DNA from: Octopus vulgaris
Lineage: Eukaryota
Direction of reading: 5' to 3'
Length of the DNA: 64,000 nt
Assembly: GCA_951406725.2 (NCBI GenBank)
Contig: OX597824.1
Span: forward strand, 16,058,001 to 16,122,000
This document shows, in pieces, positions 13,228 through 26,591 of the stretch. The notes beneath the pieces were generated by a model. The model ran no database searches. It was not told the DNA's origin and saw only the letters and a list, made by a program, of their open reading frames with translations. Both the position numbers and the translations under genes were made by a program. The stretch's first letter is position 1; every line of letters starts with the position of its first letter.

Positions 13228-13659
13228 TGTTGTTGTTGTTGTTGTTGTTGGCATCCTTTTGTCTCGGGAGATAATGGAGTGGCGCATGAACTAATCCAGT
13301 CTGGTGTTTGCATTTCATGTCCTCTCCAGTTTTGCGCCGGCCTGGGCTAGATGTAAGAAAATCCTGGGTAGCCCAATCGTCAGGATTCCTCTCTCGACCT
13401 TGCTGACGTAGTCCAAAGGAGTGCGGAGCATTACGTTTGGCACCAGCTCGGTTGCAGGAGCTGCCGGAAGAGTGTCGAGTCGAACACTAAACCGCCTACG
13501 GGGCTCCACTCCGGATTTCTTTGAAGGTTGTCTCCCTTCCGTAACCCTGGATAGGGGCCCATACCGGGTACTGTCAGCCGGAGCCAGCTGAGCCCGGGTT
13601 TCGTGTCAGGCAGGGTCGTCACTCCCTGAAGTAATGAAGAAAATCGCTACCCACTACCT
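13228..13659 (-). mobile_element. Non-autonomous bipartite RTE-derived retroelement, copy 2, with (AAC)n tail
   Basis: Closely similar to 1074-1455 and shares the same 5' end (aggtagtgggtagcg on minus). (GTT)n at 13228-13250. Confidence 0.75.
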
Positions 13660-14239
13660 AGATGAGGGAACAAATTATAATTAGTGATAATGTAAAGTTA
13701 TGTTTAATTACATATTAGACGATAAATATGTAATTGAACTAGTGGACTGACTTTTAAAAAAATATTTATCATCTTGAAGGTAGAATTGCAAGCGTACTCT
13801 GCTTTGCATCTCTGTGACCGGTGATTATCAATATCGTTCACGTTACTATTGAACACTTGCACATTAACGGTTGCAGGAAAAAATCAAACATGTACAGGGA
13901 AGAAATTCTGGACTCATGTTATTCTAGAGAAAGAAAACTGGATATAGTAGTTTGCGTTGGTGTTGAAGGTGGATCAAAGATGGGCACTTGCGGGGGGGGA
14001 CAGAGTCGGGAGTGCCTGAGTTGAGATGATGTGAAATTAGCCAGCAGCGATAGAAAAGATAGAGAGGAAAGACAACTAATAAAAGTAGTGTTGCATTGAT
14101 GTGGGTTGGTGTACAACTTAATGACAATCGTTTGAAAATCCCTTTTTTTTTACTCTTAACAGCACCGTCATATACTTTGGAGATCATACAATTATGGGTA
14201 TGACTTCTGTTGTTTAGCCCCTTGACAACGGTTGACGCA

Positions 14240-15147
14240 AATATGCGATCACACTTTTGCTTGCCTACCCGCGGTTAACGTAAATATACGATGTAGAGTT
14301 GCCCTACATCTATCACGGACTTTTTAGCGGCTGACGTATGTTTACGTTCGCTGTCATTTACTTTATCCCTTGAGGTGCGTGCACTCGCCGTCCCTTGCAT
14401 TATCTTAGCTATTTTAGGTTAGGTTCAAGTCATGAGACTAGCAGTAGACCAATGACATGCGGATACTTTACATGCATAATACCGTGATTTGGGTTGTACC
14501 ACATGCAAGCTATTTTCTGAACTTGAGCAGAATAACTCGTGCATATCGTATTATGATAGAAAGCTTCACATAGTTCGTTTTCATAAACCGGTAGACGTAA
14601 ATGTACGACGCTATGTTATTGTAACGGTGAACGTAAATAGACGCGGGCTCGTTGGCACTTGTGTGTTTGCGTGGCCTCATTAGATAAAAAAAAAACCGAA
14701 GCAGTGTCTCGCATGCTTCGGGTAATACCGGCGTCAAGGTGTTAAATAGTCAGCAGTCATTGAGGGCTGAAATATTTTGTGGATCTGAAGATCAGACTTG
14801 GTCCGACAATGTTTGTTACTCTGAAGTCGTGCGTTAACAACGGGATGTTGATTGTAACGACCAGTTGAAGCAATCTCGAAGGTTCTCGTTGGATGGTGTT
14901 TATGTTTAGGTGAGGGTGGTTGGGTGATATGATGCTTTCTTCTTTTTTGCATTATTTGTGTCTGCTTTGTTTCTTGAAGGAGATTTTTATTGGCAGTGAA
15001 TGACATTTAGGAATGAAAGATTCGGGAGAAATAGTAATGGCATCATCAAGGCAAGAGAGTGTACTGTGATAGATGGCCGCAAATAGGTCATTGAAGTGAG
15101 GAAAACGTACTTTGGAGTACACTAGAGATGATAGTATGTGGGTCAGC

Positions 15148-15242
<95 letters not shown>

Positions 15243-15407
15243 GAAAGAGATTTTTGAATGATTTACGGATACTGAAGGCATCAACTAAAAAGTCGCTAAA
15301 AAGTCCGTGATGGAAAAATGGAAAAATGGAAAAAAGTCCGTAGGGCAGCTCTACATCGTATATTTACGTTAACCGCGGGTAGGCAAGCAAAACTGTGATC
15401 CCATATT
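14240..15407. mobile_element. Non-autonomous DNA transposon with long TIRs (~70-90 bp), internal (GA)n
   Basis: Left aatatgcgatcacacttttgcttgcctacccgcggttaacgtaaatatacgatgtagagttgccctac; right gtagggcagctctacatcgtatatttacgttaaccgcgggtaggcaagcaaaactgtgatcccatatt. Possible ATAT or TA target duplication. Confidence 0.85.
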
Positions 15408-15847
15408 TCCTTGTAGATCTGGTTTTACGAAAGCCATAACACTAATAAGAAGTGGAAGAGATTCGAGGTGTTGGAGAAAGTTGTTGTTAATGGCTGTCTC
15501 CACCTTTGAAATGCTGGGAGTATGAAAAGATGGTAGTTAGCTGAGACATATTGGTTTTCCCCACTTGAGAATAGAATATCTTGTAGAAATTTCCAAAAGA
15601 CTGGAATATTCCTTTCGGAAAAGGAAGAAAGTGACAGAAGGAGTTCTGACGTTTGAGTTCAAATTCAACTCGGATCAACTTTGCCTTTCATCCTTCCGGA
15701 ATCTCTAGCTTTAATACCATGTATACCCAAGTGAAATTCTCATATAGACTTGGTAAGTTGGTTGGTCACGGTTTGAATGGCATATTTTGTAAGTCTACAG
15801 AGCCAATTTTGTGGACCAAGGGCTAGGCAATAACAAACTAGGAACTC

Positions 15848-16610
15848 CACGACGACGACGATGACCACTACCACCACCACCACCACCACCACCACCACCA
15901 CCACCACCACCAACATCGTCGTCATTACCGTCACCACCACCGCCGTCACCGCTATCTCTGTCTCTGTCACCACTACCACTACCACGTGCACCAGCAGCAG
16001 CATACCACCAGCACCACCACCACCACAACCACCACCACCACTACTAGCACCACTAGCACCACCACCACCACCACTACAGAGCCATCCCTAAAACCAATAC
16101 TACAAACATCACCACCCTGATCATCACTACCTCCACAGCAACTACCAATATCACCACCAATAACATCACCACAACCACCACCACCACTACAACCATCAAT
16201 CATCATCGCTATCACCACTACCACGACCACCACCATTCATCACCATCGTCACCACCACCACCACCACAACTAATATTACTATCACCACCAACACCACCAC
16301 AACTACTACCACTACGACAACTACTACCACCACTACCACCACCACCACCACCACTACAACTACTACCACTACGACAACTACTATCACCACTACTACCACC
16401 ACCAATACCATCACAACTACTAACACCTCTACCACCTCACCACCACCACCACCACAACTACTATTACTACCACCACCAATACCACCACAACTACTACCAC
16501 TACAACTAATAACACCACCACCACCACCACCACCACCACCACCACCACCACCACCACCACCACCACCACCACCACCATCACCACCACCATCACCACAACC
16601 AGGACCACCA
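15848..16610. repeat. (CCA)n/(CTA)n degenerate trinucleotide array
   Basis: Seen directly. Confidence 0.95.
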
Positions 16611-16698
16611 TTACACCCCGAAAGAAACCGCCGGCGTCGACAACGTACGTACAACAGACTCTCGAGCGTGGCTGTCTTGATGACTCAATGGTATTCCC

Positions 16699-16780
16699 GG
16701 TTTACTGGTTTGCTGGATTACTGGTTTGTTGGTTTGTCGGTTTGTCGGTTTGTCGGTTTTATTGGTTTGATAGTTTGATG
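16699..16780. repeat. 8-bp tandem repeat (GGTTTGTC)n, degenerate
   Basis: ggtttact ggtttgct ggattact ggtttgtt ggtttgtc ggtttgtc ggtttgtc. Confidence 0.85.
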
Positions 16781-17114
16781 CTTTACTACACCGACTGACA
16801 CTAACATTGACATGTATAGCGCCGCAATCAATGATAAACAGACTATAAGACTTGTGTAGCAGCGGTGATTACTAAACACTCAGATACCGTGTAATCTTCA
16901 TTAGAAGCTAAATTGACCAATTCTTATGTGACAGCGACGGTGACAATGTTCAATGGAAGAGCATAGAGTGGAATTCTTAATAAATGTAATTGGATTTTGT
17001 CTCTTGGGGAAAATGCGGCTAGAACTGGATCAAATAGGCGGCGATGTCATGAAAACCACGCCCCCCTGCTTCAATTATGAGATGATGGAAATTAAATATA
17101 CATCCATCCATATG

Positions 17115-17145
<31 letters not shown>

Positions 17146-17158
17146 ATACACACACATG

Positions 17159-17216
<58 letters not shown>

Positions 17217-17306
17217 GCACGCATTTCTGTATGTATAGTCACATATACACACATATAATATACAGACAAATTTTATATATAGATAATGCATAATATATAT
17301 ATATAC

Positions 17307-17368
<62 letters not shown>

Positions 17369-17540
17369 TAATGTATACACATACACATATACGTATATAT
17401 GTATATATATATATTTATATATGAATAAACTTATATACATATATGTGTGTATGAATGCATTTGTGTGTATATATACATGTGTATGTGTTGTACACATATA
17501 CATACATACACGCACACACACATATATGTAATATGTATAT

Positions 17541-17574
<34 letters not shown>

Positions 17575-17939
17575 ACATAATGTGTATGCGTGTGTGTATA
17601 TATATATATTTATATACATACATTATAGATGGATGTAATGGGAGGACAAGCATGGAAGTGGAGGCCAAAACAGAAAAAATAGGGAGCTATGGATGAATAA
17701 ATAAATGTTAGGAATATATAGCGAGATGGATGGATGGATGGATGGATGGACGGATTGGTTGATGGACGAAGAGGTGAGGCGATGGCTGGCTTACTGGAAA
17801 ACGTAAAGAGGTAAGAAAACATCAATATTGTGTCTATGGATGGAAGAATGGAATCGACGTACAGCAGCTGGTTGGCAGCTCTGTGGAAGAGATAGCTCTG
17901 TCGCACCGTCATCGCCGTTGTCATCAACGCTGTTTTCGC

Positions 17940-18388
17940 GATGATGTTGATGATGATGATGATCATCATCATCATTATCCTCCTCCTCCACCTCTCCCTC
18001 CTCTTCCTCCTCTTCCTCTTCCTCCTCCTCCTCCTCATCATCATCATCACCAGCACCACTTCCAGCACCAGCAGAACCAGCACCAGCAATATCATCATCA
18101 GCCTTATCACCACCACCACCGCCACCACCACCACCACTACCACCACCATCACCATCACCATCACTACCACCACCAACAACAACACCATTACCACTACCAT
18201 CCTCATCATCATCATCACCATCATCTTCAAGACCATCATCACCACCACCGTTATCATCATCATCATCATCATCATCATCATTATCATCATCATCACCACC
18301 ATCAAAATCATCATCATCACCACCATCATCATCATCATCATCATCACCATCATCATCACCGTCATCATCATCATCATCATCACCACCG

Positions 18389-18433
<45 letters not shown>

Positions 18434-18545
18434 GTAAATGCAGCCGTAGAATCCTTACCACCACCACCACGACGATGACTACCACAACCACCACTACCAC
18501 CCCCACTATCTTCATCATCGTCACCATCCTCATCAGCAACAGCGG
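17940..18545. repeat. (CAT)n/(CAC)n/(CCT)n trinucleotide array
   Basis: Seen directly. Confidence 0.95.
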
Positions 18546-18794
18546 CAGCAATCATGAATTGATTCTGCTGTCGTGACTTTGGCCTCTCCTCTATTTCTCC
18601 ACGCTTTACAAATCCTGATACGTTCGACGTGTGATCTTCTATTGAACGGCTGAACACGTTATGTTTGCATGGCGGAATAACACAGGAGACTGTGTGTGTG
18701 TATGTGTGTGTGTGTGTGTGGTGGGGTGCATCGCATTTTTACAAGAAGAATGACAGTGATTTCGAAGTTTCAGCCTATTAGACTTCATCGGGCT

Positions 18795-18846
<52 letters not shown>

Positions 18847-19005
18847 ATATATATAAGCCGAAATTGCGAAGATGATCCGGTTCTTGACTGAAGATTGAAG
18901 GCTTCGAATGTCCCGTCCGTGTTTTTTGTATCGTCTTCTAAATGTTTTGCGTTCCTGTCCCAGTCTGTATTTTTTTACATATACATACATATATATATAT
19001 ATATT

Positions 19006-19080
<75 letters not shown>

Positions 19081-19174
19081 GTCATACCTCCCTGCTTCCA
19101 TTTCCTGAGCGCCTATTAATAATAATACTGTAATTGTTCCCTTGTTGTTGTTTTTTTGTTTCCCGTTTGGATTA

Positions 19175-19212
<38 letters not shown>

Positions 19213-19320
19213 CATGTACATATATATATTTGTATATATATATACATAGATATATATATATATATACATACATACATACATACATACATACATACATACA
19301 TACATACATACATACATACA

Positions 19321-19352
<32 letters not shown>

Positions 19353-19416
19353 CGCTATAAAAAGTATTGAGTTTAATGTTAATTTGTTTTCGATATATCT
19401 TGACAAGAAACCAAAC

Positions 19417-19463
<47 letters not shown>

Positions 19464-19487
19464 TATAACAAAATAAAAATAAACGCG

Positions 19488-19726
19488 CCCTTTTAAAGCC
19501 AGGCTCATGGCCCCGGTTTCCCGGTTTCTATGGCGTATGTGTTCCCCGGCTGCAAGTGACACCAGTCCATCGCAGCGTTACTTATTTTTGCCAGCTGAGT
19601 GAACTGAAGCAACGTGAAATGAAGTGTTTTGCTCAAGAACACAACGCGTCGCCCGGTCCAGGAATCGAAGCTACAATCTTACGATGATGATGCTGACACT
19701 CTAACCACTAAGCCACGAGCCTCCAC
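19488..19726 (-). mobile_element. SINE family D (tRNA head plus CORE-like domain; resembles octopus OR-type SINEs)
   Basis: Minus strand: gtggaggctcgtggcttagtggttagag...ttcgattcctggaccggg...ttgtgttcttgagcaaaacacttcatttcac (CORE-like)...gcgatggactgg...aaaagggcgc. Confidence 0.8.
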
Positions 19727-19789
19727 ATATCTTGTATTATACTGCTGCAAATGTTTGGAACATTAACTTCTGTTTTCCGGTGTGGAAAT

Positions 19790-20760
19790 ATTTAAGTTCC
19801 TTGACTAAAACAATATACATTTGAAGGGTGGACAATTTCAAACGCTGGTGTAATCAGCACACAAAAGTACCACAGCCTGTATATACTAGACCCGAAATCA
19901 TAGCAATCTAAGAGTCAGAGATGTGAGAGACTTAGGGTTCACTATGTGTAAAGTCACATCATTTTATGAGCACACTAGCAGTATCGCCCGGCGTTGCTCG
20001 GGTTTGTAAGGGAAATAACTATAAAGCATTTTTAGAGAGTTATGGCCAAAAAAATAGGAAAAAAATGATGGTAAATTTTTTTTTGAGAATTAAAAAGGTC
20101 GAGTTGCGTCCCCTAGACAGTCTGTGGTTTGTGTTTCTAATTCTCGACCCCATGTCGAATTTTTCGATTTTTTTTCAGAACTGGGGGAACTTTTCAAAAT
20201 TTTCGCTGCGTTAGTTTTGAATTATGACATTGGGCTATGTGTGTGTCAAGTTTCATCAGAATCGGTTGAAAGCCGTGGTCAGGGTGAGGGTACAACCTAA
20301 CAGACACACAGACACGCAGACAGACAAACTGCCGTTTATATATAGAGAGATTACCAAAATGACAACTAAGTGTAGACAATTGACTTAATGGATTGTAAAG
20401 CCGTTCAGTACAATTGACCCAGAAGCCACGCTTATCCCGATGAAGACATTTGTTCTCAGTTACTTGGACTACTGCTCTTAGCTGTGGTCACCACTTAGTG
20501 GCTAACAAACAGCGCAGCTTCAAGCGATTTCAAATCTACTGTACGGAAAAGTTGGCCAAATTGCAGTAGATGTTCTACTGGGAACGGCTGAAAAAAAAAA
20601 AAACAAAAAAAAAAACGACGACTTGACTCCCTTGAGCGAAGAAGCGAGAAGTATGTTATAACCTAGAAGGGCAAAATTTTAGAAGGGCAATAAGAGTTAT
20701 ACGAATTCCCGTACTAGATGCTATTGTGTAGTTCCAAATACAGTAATACATTCGTATTAC
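19790..20760 (+). mobile_element. Decayed CR1-group LINE RT C-terminal region, interrupted by a Helitron
   Basis: Reads DVRDLGFTMCKVTSFYEH|ITKMTTKCRQLT*WIVKPFSTIDPEATLIPMKTFVLSYLDYCS*LWSP...YWERL...SLERRSEKY once 19975-20350 is removed. Confidence 0.85.
19975..20350 (-). mobile_element. Non-autonomous Helitron, copy 1
   Basis: Minus strand begins TC and ends CTAG, with hairpin cccgagcaacgccggg just upstream of the 3' end. Inserted between A and T with no TSD; second copy at 42831. Confidence 0.9.
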
Positions 20761-20866
20761 TTACTGTGTGCTACACACGAAAGTATTCAACTTTGAAGTA
20801 ATTTCAGTAAAGCAAATTCATTATATACATACATCATACATGCATACGTACAGATATCAATTCATG

Positions 20867-21300
20867 TATCCATCCATCCATCCATCCATCCATCCATCCA
20901 TCCATCCATCCATCCATCCATCCATCCATCCATCCATCTACCTATCCATCCATCCATCCATCCATCCTCCATCTGTCTATCCATCCATTCATCCATCCGT
21001 CCATCCATCCATCCATCCATCCATCCATCCATCCATCCATCCATCCATCTGTCTATCCATCCATCCATCCATCCATCCATTCCATCTATCCATCCATCCG
21101 TCCATACATCCATCCATCCATCCATCCATCCATCCATCCATCCATCCGTCCGTCCATCCATCCATCCATCCATCCATCCATCCATCCATCCATCCATCCA
21201 TCCATCCATCCATCCATCCATCCATCCATCCATCCATCCATCCATCCATCCATCCATCCATCCATCCATGCATCCATCCATCCATGCATCCATGCATCCG
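20867..21300. repeat. (ATCC)n microsatellite
   Basis: Seen directly. Confidence 0.97.
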
Positions 21301-21506
21301 TGCATATATACATACAAACACACAGGTGGTAATTGCCTAACTGTCACGTTTGTAATTTGTTTTGTCTCTCTACATTTTTCCCTCCTCGTCTATTCTTTCT
21401 GTAGAAGAGCGTGAGCGCGAAATGTAAAATACTTTTCTTTCTATTTTTACAGAGCGGAATTCTAATACACTATTTTTTTGTCTTCGAGTTTATTTACAAA
21501 TTTTGC

Positions 21507-21611
<105 letters not shown>

Positions 21612-21677
21612 ACTCACACACACATACACACAAGCGGATATAGATATATACATACACGCGCATACATCTGTCTAGAG

Positions 21678-21897
21678 CAGTGGTTTTTCATCCAGGGTTC
21701 CGCGGAACCTTAGGGTTCCGCCAGTACAGTCCAGGGGTTCCGCAAGAAGTTACAAAACTGCTACAATCGGCAGTAATTTTTAATTCTCCTGTGCAGATAT
21801 GTGTGCATAAAACTATTAAATTATTGCTCAGGGGTTCCTCGAGCCAGTGGAATGTTTCCTTGGGGTTCCGCTCCAGCAAGAAGTTTGAAAAGCACTG
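21678..21897. mobile_element. hAT (Charlie-like) MITE
   Basis: TIRs cagtggtttttca / tgaaaagcactg; 8-bp TSD gtctagag / atctagag (NTCTAGAN pattern); internal ggggttcc subrepeats. Confidence 0.9.
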
Positions 21898-22110
21898 ATC
21901 TAGAGTAAGCATGACATCTAGATAGAATAAGCATAATTCTACTGCGTAGCATATTGTGCATATATTATACTGTATAGCCTCGGGTGGGTCGATACCTTAT
22001 GAGTGAAATTAAGCAGACGGAGACTGCGGAGAAGATTGTCGAATAGGTTTTAGCTGAAACTCCAAAGATGCAACAGCGTGTTCCTAGAACGGCCAAGAGT
22101 CAACATAATA

Positions 22111-22204
22111 GATACACACACACACACACACACACACTATATATATATATATATATACATACACACATATGTATGTGTGTATACAAATATATATATATAT
22201 GTAT

Positions 22205-22283
<79 letters not shown>

Positions 22284-22306
22284 CAAATTTTTATATATAT
22301 ATATAC

Positions 22307-22355
<49 letters not shown>

Positions 22356-22485
22356 TATATATATGTATGGATATATATTTGTGTATATGTATATATAAAG
22401 TTTCTCTGTGTGTGTGTATATATACATACATATATAAATATATATATACACATATATATCAATATATATATATATACAGATATAC

Positions 22486-22524
<39 letters not shown>

Positions 22525-22638
22525 TATATATACATATATACCTACACACACATATGTATATACGTATTTTTATATATGATTATAGGTATAGAAATATGAA
22601 TGTATATACATTTGTATGTATATATGTATTTATGTACG

Positions 22639-22691
<53 letters not shown>

Positions 22692-22727
22692 GCACACACA
22701 AAAACATAAACAACACAAACACGATCA

Positions 22728-22763
<36 letters not shown>

Positions 22764-22775
22764 TATATACACACG
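22111..22775. repeat. (TA)n/(CA)n compound microsatellite
   Basis: Seen directly. Confidence 0.95.
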
Positions 22776-23263
22776 TTATATAAATCGCGAGAAGCGAGAA
22801 GACAGTGTGGCCATAAATTGAATGCTAATGCTGTTTGTGTTTAGCGAATCTCCGGTTGTGAATGAATATCTAAGTAAAATCGTCTAATATCCATTGTCTG
22901 TGACACAACTGACAGCTGTACTGTTTCCATTGATCGGTTGGTTTAGCCAAGCCTCACTGCTGGCTGCTTTATTACTGTTGTTTGGATGTAATGTGTCGAA
23001 GCGGGAGTCAAACTGTCTACATGGTGATTCTTAACCAAAACCATTGTTGCATACTAATGCTAGCTTTCCTGAACCTAGACGCTGAGACGTAGTTTAATTT
23101 CGTAAATATTGGGTCGCGGATGTGCAAAACATAAATATGTACATATACGCATATACATACATATATATATATATATATACACTCTCATATCTACACGCAC
23201 AAACACACACGAACGCTCGCGTACTATTTATACATTTATATACGTTAATATTTACTTACTATA

Positions 23264-23845
23264 AGGCGGCGAGCCGGGCGAAATGCTTAGCGGTATTTCG
23301 TCTGCCGCTACGTTCTGAGTTCAAATTCTGCCGACGTCAACTTTGCCTTTCATCCTTTCGGGGTCGATAAATTAACTACCAGTTACGCCACTGAGGTCGA
23401 TATAATCGACTTAATCTCCGTTTGTCTGTCGTTGTTTGTCCTCTCTGTGTTTAACCCCTTGTGGGTAGTAAAGAAATAGGTATTTCGTCTGCCGCTACGT
23501 TCTGAGTTCAAATTCCGCCGAGGTCGACTTTGCCTTTCATCCTTTCGGGGTTGATAAATTAAGTACCAGTTACGCACTGGGTCGATATAATCGACTTAAT
23601 CCGTTTGTCTGTCGTTGTTTGTCCCCTCTATGTTTAGGCCCTTGTGGGCAATAAAGAAATATGAATCGTTAGCACGCCGAGTAAAATGCTTTACTCTATT
23701 TCGTCCGTCTTTATGTTGAGTTCGAATTACGCCGAGGTCACCTTTGCCTTTTATCATTTAAGGATCGATAAAATAATTACCGGGATCGCTATAATCAACT
23801 TACCCTACCCCCCGGAATTCCTTTTTCGTTCCAAATTTGAAACCA
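23264..23845 (+). mobile_element. SINE family B, dimeric (duplicated body), followed by an older B-type copy
   Basis: Body gtatttcgtctgccgctacgttctgagttcaaattc...gcctttcatcctttcggggtcgataaatt...aaagaaata is repeated; junction at ~23473-23486. Confidence 0.9.
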
Positions 23846-23944
23846 GTGTTTACTTACTTCCAGGTCAGCTATGCACAAAGGCATTCCAATTATGACAATC
23901 CCATCTTGTTATCAGCTTTCTTGTATTTAATAATGGTTTTAAGA

Positions 23945-24049
23945 TTTTCCACAGGGGCAGCCATCTTGGAGAAGGAAATAACTCGATAATGTTCGTTGAA
24001 GGCTACCAAACCTGCCATACACAGACAACTTCAGCTTTATATATAGAGA
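23945..24049 (-). mobile_element. Helitron 5'-end fragment (different subfamily)
   Basis: Minus strand starts A|TCTCTATATATAAAGCTGAAGTTGTCTGTG, like the 5' ends of the Helitrons at 20350 and 43203. Confidence 0.45.
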
Positions 24050-24297
24050 TGTATATTTGAAACCTCATCTTGAACCATGCTAAAAAAAATAGAGCTTAAT
24101 TCACACTTTCACATTGAAATTTAAATTCGCGGATCATTAATAAACAGACGGGGGATGAGCTCAGAGGATTCCAAGCGTTGTTGAGACAAGCAGCCGCCTG
24201 TTAATTCTGTCTGGCACGTGATGGATTTTTTATTCCATTTGTTTTTCCTTTCGTGTACCTTTTATTTATTTTTTAATGGGTTGTGAAATTACATTAT

Positions 24298-24527
24298 ATT
24301 TCTTTACTACCCACAAGGGGCTAAACATAGAAGGGACAAACAAGGACAGACAAACGGATTAAGTCGATTATATCGACCCCAGTGCGAAACTGGTACTTTA
24401 TTTATCGACCCCGAAAGGATGAAAGGCAAAGTCGACCTCGGCGGAATTTGAACTCAGAACGTAATGACAGACGAAATACCGCGAAGCATTTCGCCCGGTG
24501 CGCTAACGTTTCTGCCAGCTCGCCGCC
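24298..24527 (-). mobile_element. SINE family B, full length with 16-bp TSD
   Basis: TSD ttgtgaaattacatta (24281-24296) / ttgtgaagttacatta (24530-24545). Confidence 0.93.
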
Positions 24528-24563
24528 CTTTGTGAAGTTACATTAGTTCTATTAAAAATGCTG

Positions 24564-25230
24564 TGGAAGCACATTGGCCCAGTGGTTCAGGCAGTGGACT
24601 CGAGGTCGTGGAATCGCGGTTTCGGTTCCCAGACCGGCCGTTGTGAATGTTTATTGAGCGATAAAATAAATTTTCGCTCGGTTGGGAGCAAATAATATAA
24701 ATTTTGTCCTATTGTAAAAAAAGGTTATCGAGCCTTGCTTCAGTTGAGAGCAAATAATATGAATTTTGTCCCATTGTATAATATATATTTTGTCCTGTAA
24801 TATAAATTTTGTCCTATACTTTTTTACAATGGGACAAAATTTATATTATTTGCTCTCAACCAAAGCAAGGCTCTATAAACTCACTACCTCATCCTGGTAA
24901 AAAAAAAAGTGTGGAGGGGGTCTCTAATAAACCAGCCTCTCAGTCCACAAAAAAGAAAAGTTCCACGAGGCTCCAGCAGGGAGTGGAGGCGAACTCTGCT
25001 GTACTCTTTATCCACGACTTTCTCTCACGCTTTCTTCCTGTTTCTGTTGTACCTGTATTTCAAAGGGCCAGCATTGTCACACTCTGTGTCACGCTGAATC
25101 TCCCCGAGAACTACGTTAAGGGTACACGTGTCTGTGGAGCGCTCAGTCACTTTCACGTTAATTTCACGACCAGGCTGTTCCATTGATCGGATAAACTGGA
25201 ACCCTCGTCGTCGTAACCGATGGAGTGCCA
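24564..25230 (+). mobile_element. SINE family C (tRNA-Arg-like) split by a ~295-bp insertion
   Basis: Head 24564-24661 ends ttattgagcg; the body resumes at aaagttccacgaggctcc (~24957), contiguous as in the copy at 55193. Confidence 0.85.
24675..24877. mobile_element. Fold-back/MITE-like insertion with tandem subrepeats
   Basis: tatcgagccttgctt...ttttgtcccattgta (24726-24778) is inverted to tacaatgggacaaaa...aagcaaggctctata (24825-24877); aattttgtcc subrepeats. Confidence 0.75.
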
Positions 25231-25273
25231 CCCATAAAAATGCTGTATTTCTGTCAATATATCCACATGTACT

Positions 25274-25424
25274 ATACGTTCTGAGTTCAATTTCCACCGA
25301 GGTCGACTTTGCCTTTCATCCTTTCGGGGTTGATAAATTAAGTACCAGTTACGTACTGAGGCCGATCTAATCGACTGGCCCTCTCCCCCAAAATTTCGAG
25401 CCTTTTGCTTAGATTAGAAAAGAA
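25274..25424 (+). mobile_element. SINE B subtype, 3' fragment
   Basis: Family B central domain plus a ggccctctccccca aaatttc tail; atatccacatgta occurs on both flanks (possible TSD). Confidence 0.8.
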
Positions 25425-25508
25425 TATATCCACATGTATTCAACAAATATATATATTTCGTAATCAAAACAATAAAATAGCTATTACCTAACAAGTATGC
25501 TTAGTATC

Positions 25509-25747
25509 ATGTATGTATGTATGTATGTATGTATGTATGTATGTATGTATGTATGTATGTATGTATGTATGTATGTATGTATGTATGCATGTATGTATGT
25601 ATGTATGTATGCATGCATGCATGTATGTATGTATTTATGTATGTATGCATGCATGCATGTATGTATGTATGCATGCATGTATGTACGTACGTACGTATGT
25701 ATGTATGTATGTATGTATGTATGTATGTATGTATGAATGTATGTATG

Positions 25748-25778
<31 letters not shown>

Positions 25779-26275
25779 GTTTGTATGTATGTATGTATGT
25801 ATGTACGTACGTACGTATGTATGTATGTATGTATGTATGTATGTATGTATGTATGTATGTATGTACGTACGTATGTATGTATGTATGTATGTATGTATGT
25901 ATGTATGTACGTACGTACGTATGTATGTATGTATGTATGTATGTATGTATGTATGTATGTATGTATGTATGTATGTATGTATGTATGTATGTATGTATGT
26001 ATGTATGTATGTATGTACGTACGTACGTACGTATGTATGTATGTATGTATGTATGTATGTATGTACGTACGTACGTATGTATGTATGTATGTATGTATGT
26101 ATGTATGTATGTATGTACGTACGTATGTATGTATGTATGTATGTATGCGTGTATGCATGTATGTATGCATGCATGTATGTATGTATGTATGTATGTATGC
26201 ATGCATGTATGTATGCATGCATGTATGTATGTATGTATGTATGTATGTATGTGTGTATGCATGTATGCATATGTG
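25509..26275. repeat. (ATGT)n microsatellite with ACGT/ATGC variants
   Basis: Seen directly. Confidence 0.97.
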
Positions 26276-26383
26276 TAGCTATCTAGTTACTTGTCTGCCT
26301 GACTGTCTGTCTGCCTGCCTGCCTACCTGCCGGTCTGCCTGTATGTCAGTCTCCCCCCTCTCCTCTCTCCCTCCTTCCCTCTC

Positions 26384-26429
<46 letters not shown>

Positions 26430-26591
26430 ATTTCAATATGGAGCAAATAATTCACGAGAAAAACGTAATACATGAAAAAAATAATGATTTGCGAAGATAC
26501 CATTGACTATGTTATTATCTAGTCTAACAATTTAAAAATGATAATAACGAAATCAATAAGATAGGCGATTTCAGCCCCCACCCAAAGCATT

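Noticed and set aside
14770-14860. Minus-strand peptide DFRVTNIVG reminiscent of a TBP repeat
   Set aside because: Short match inside a TIR element, flanked by stops, with no further similarity.
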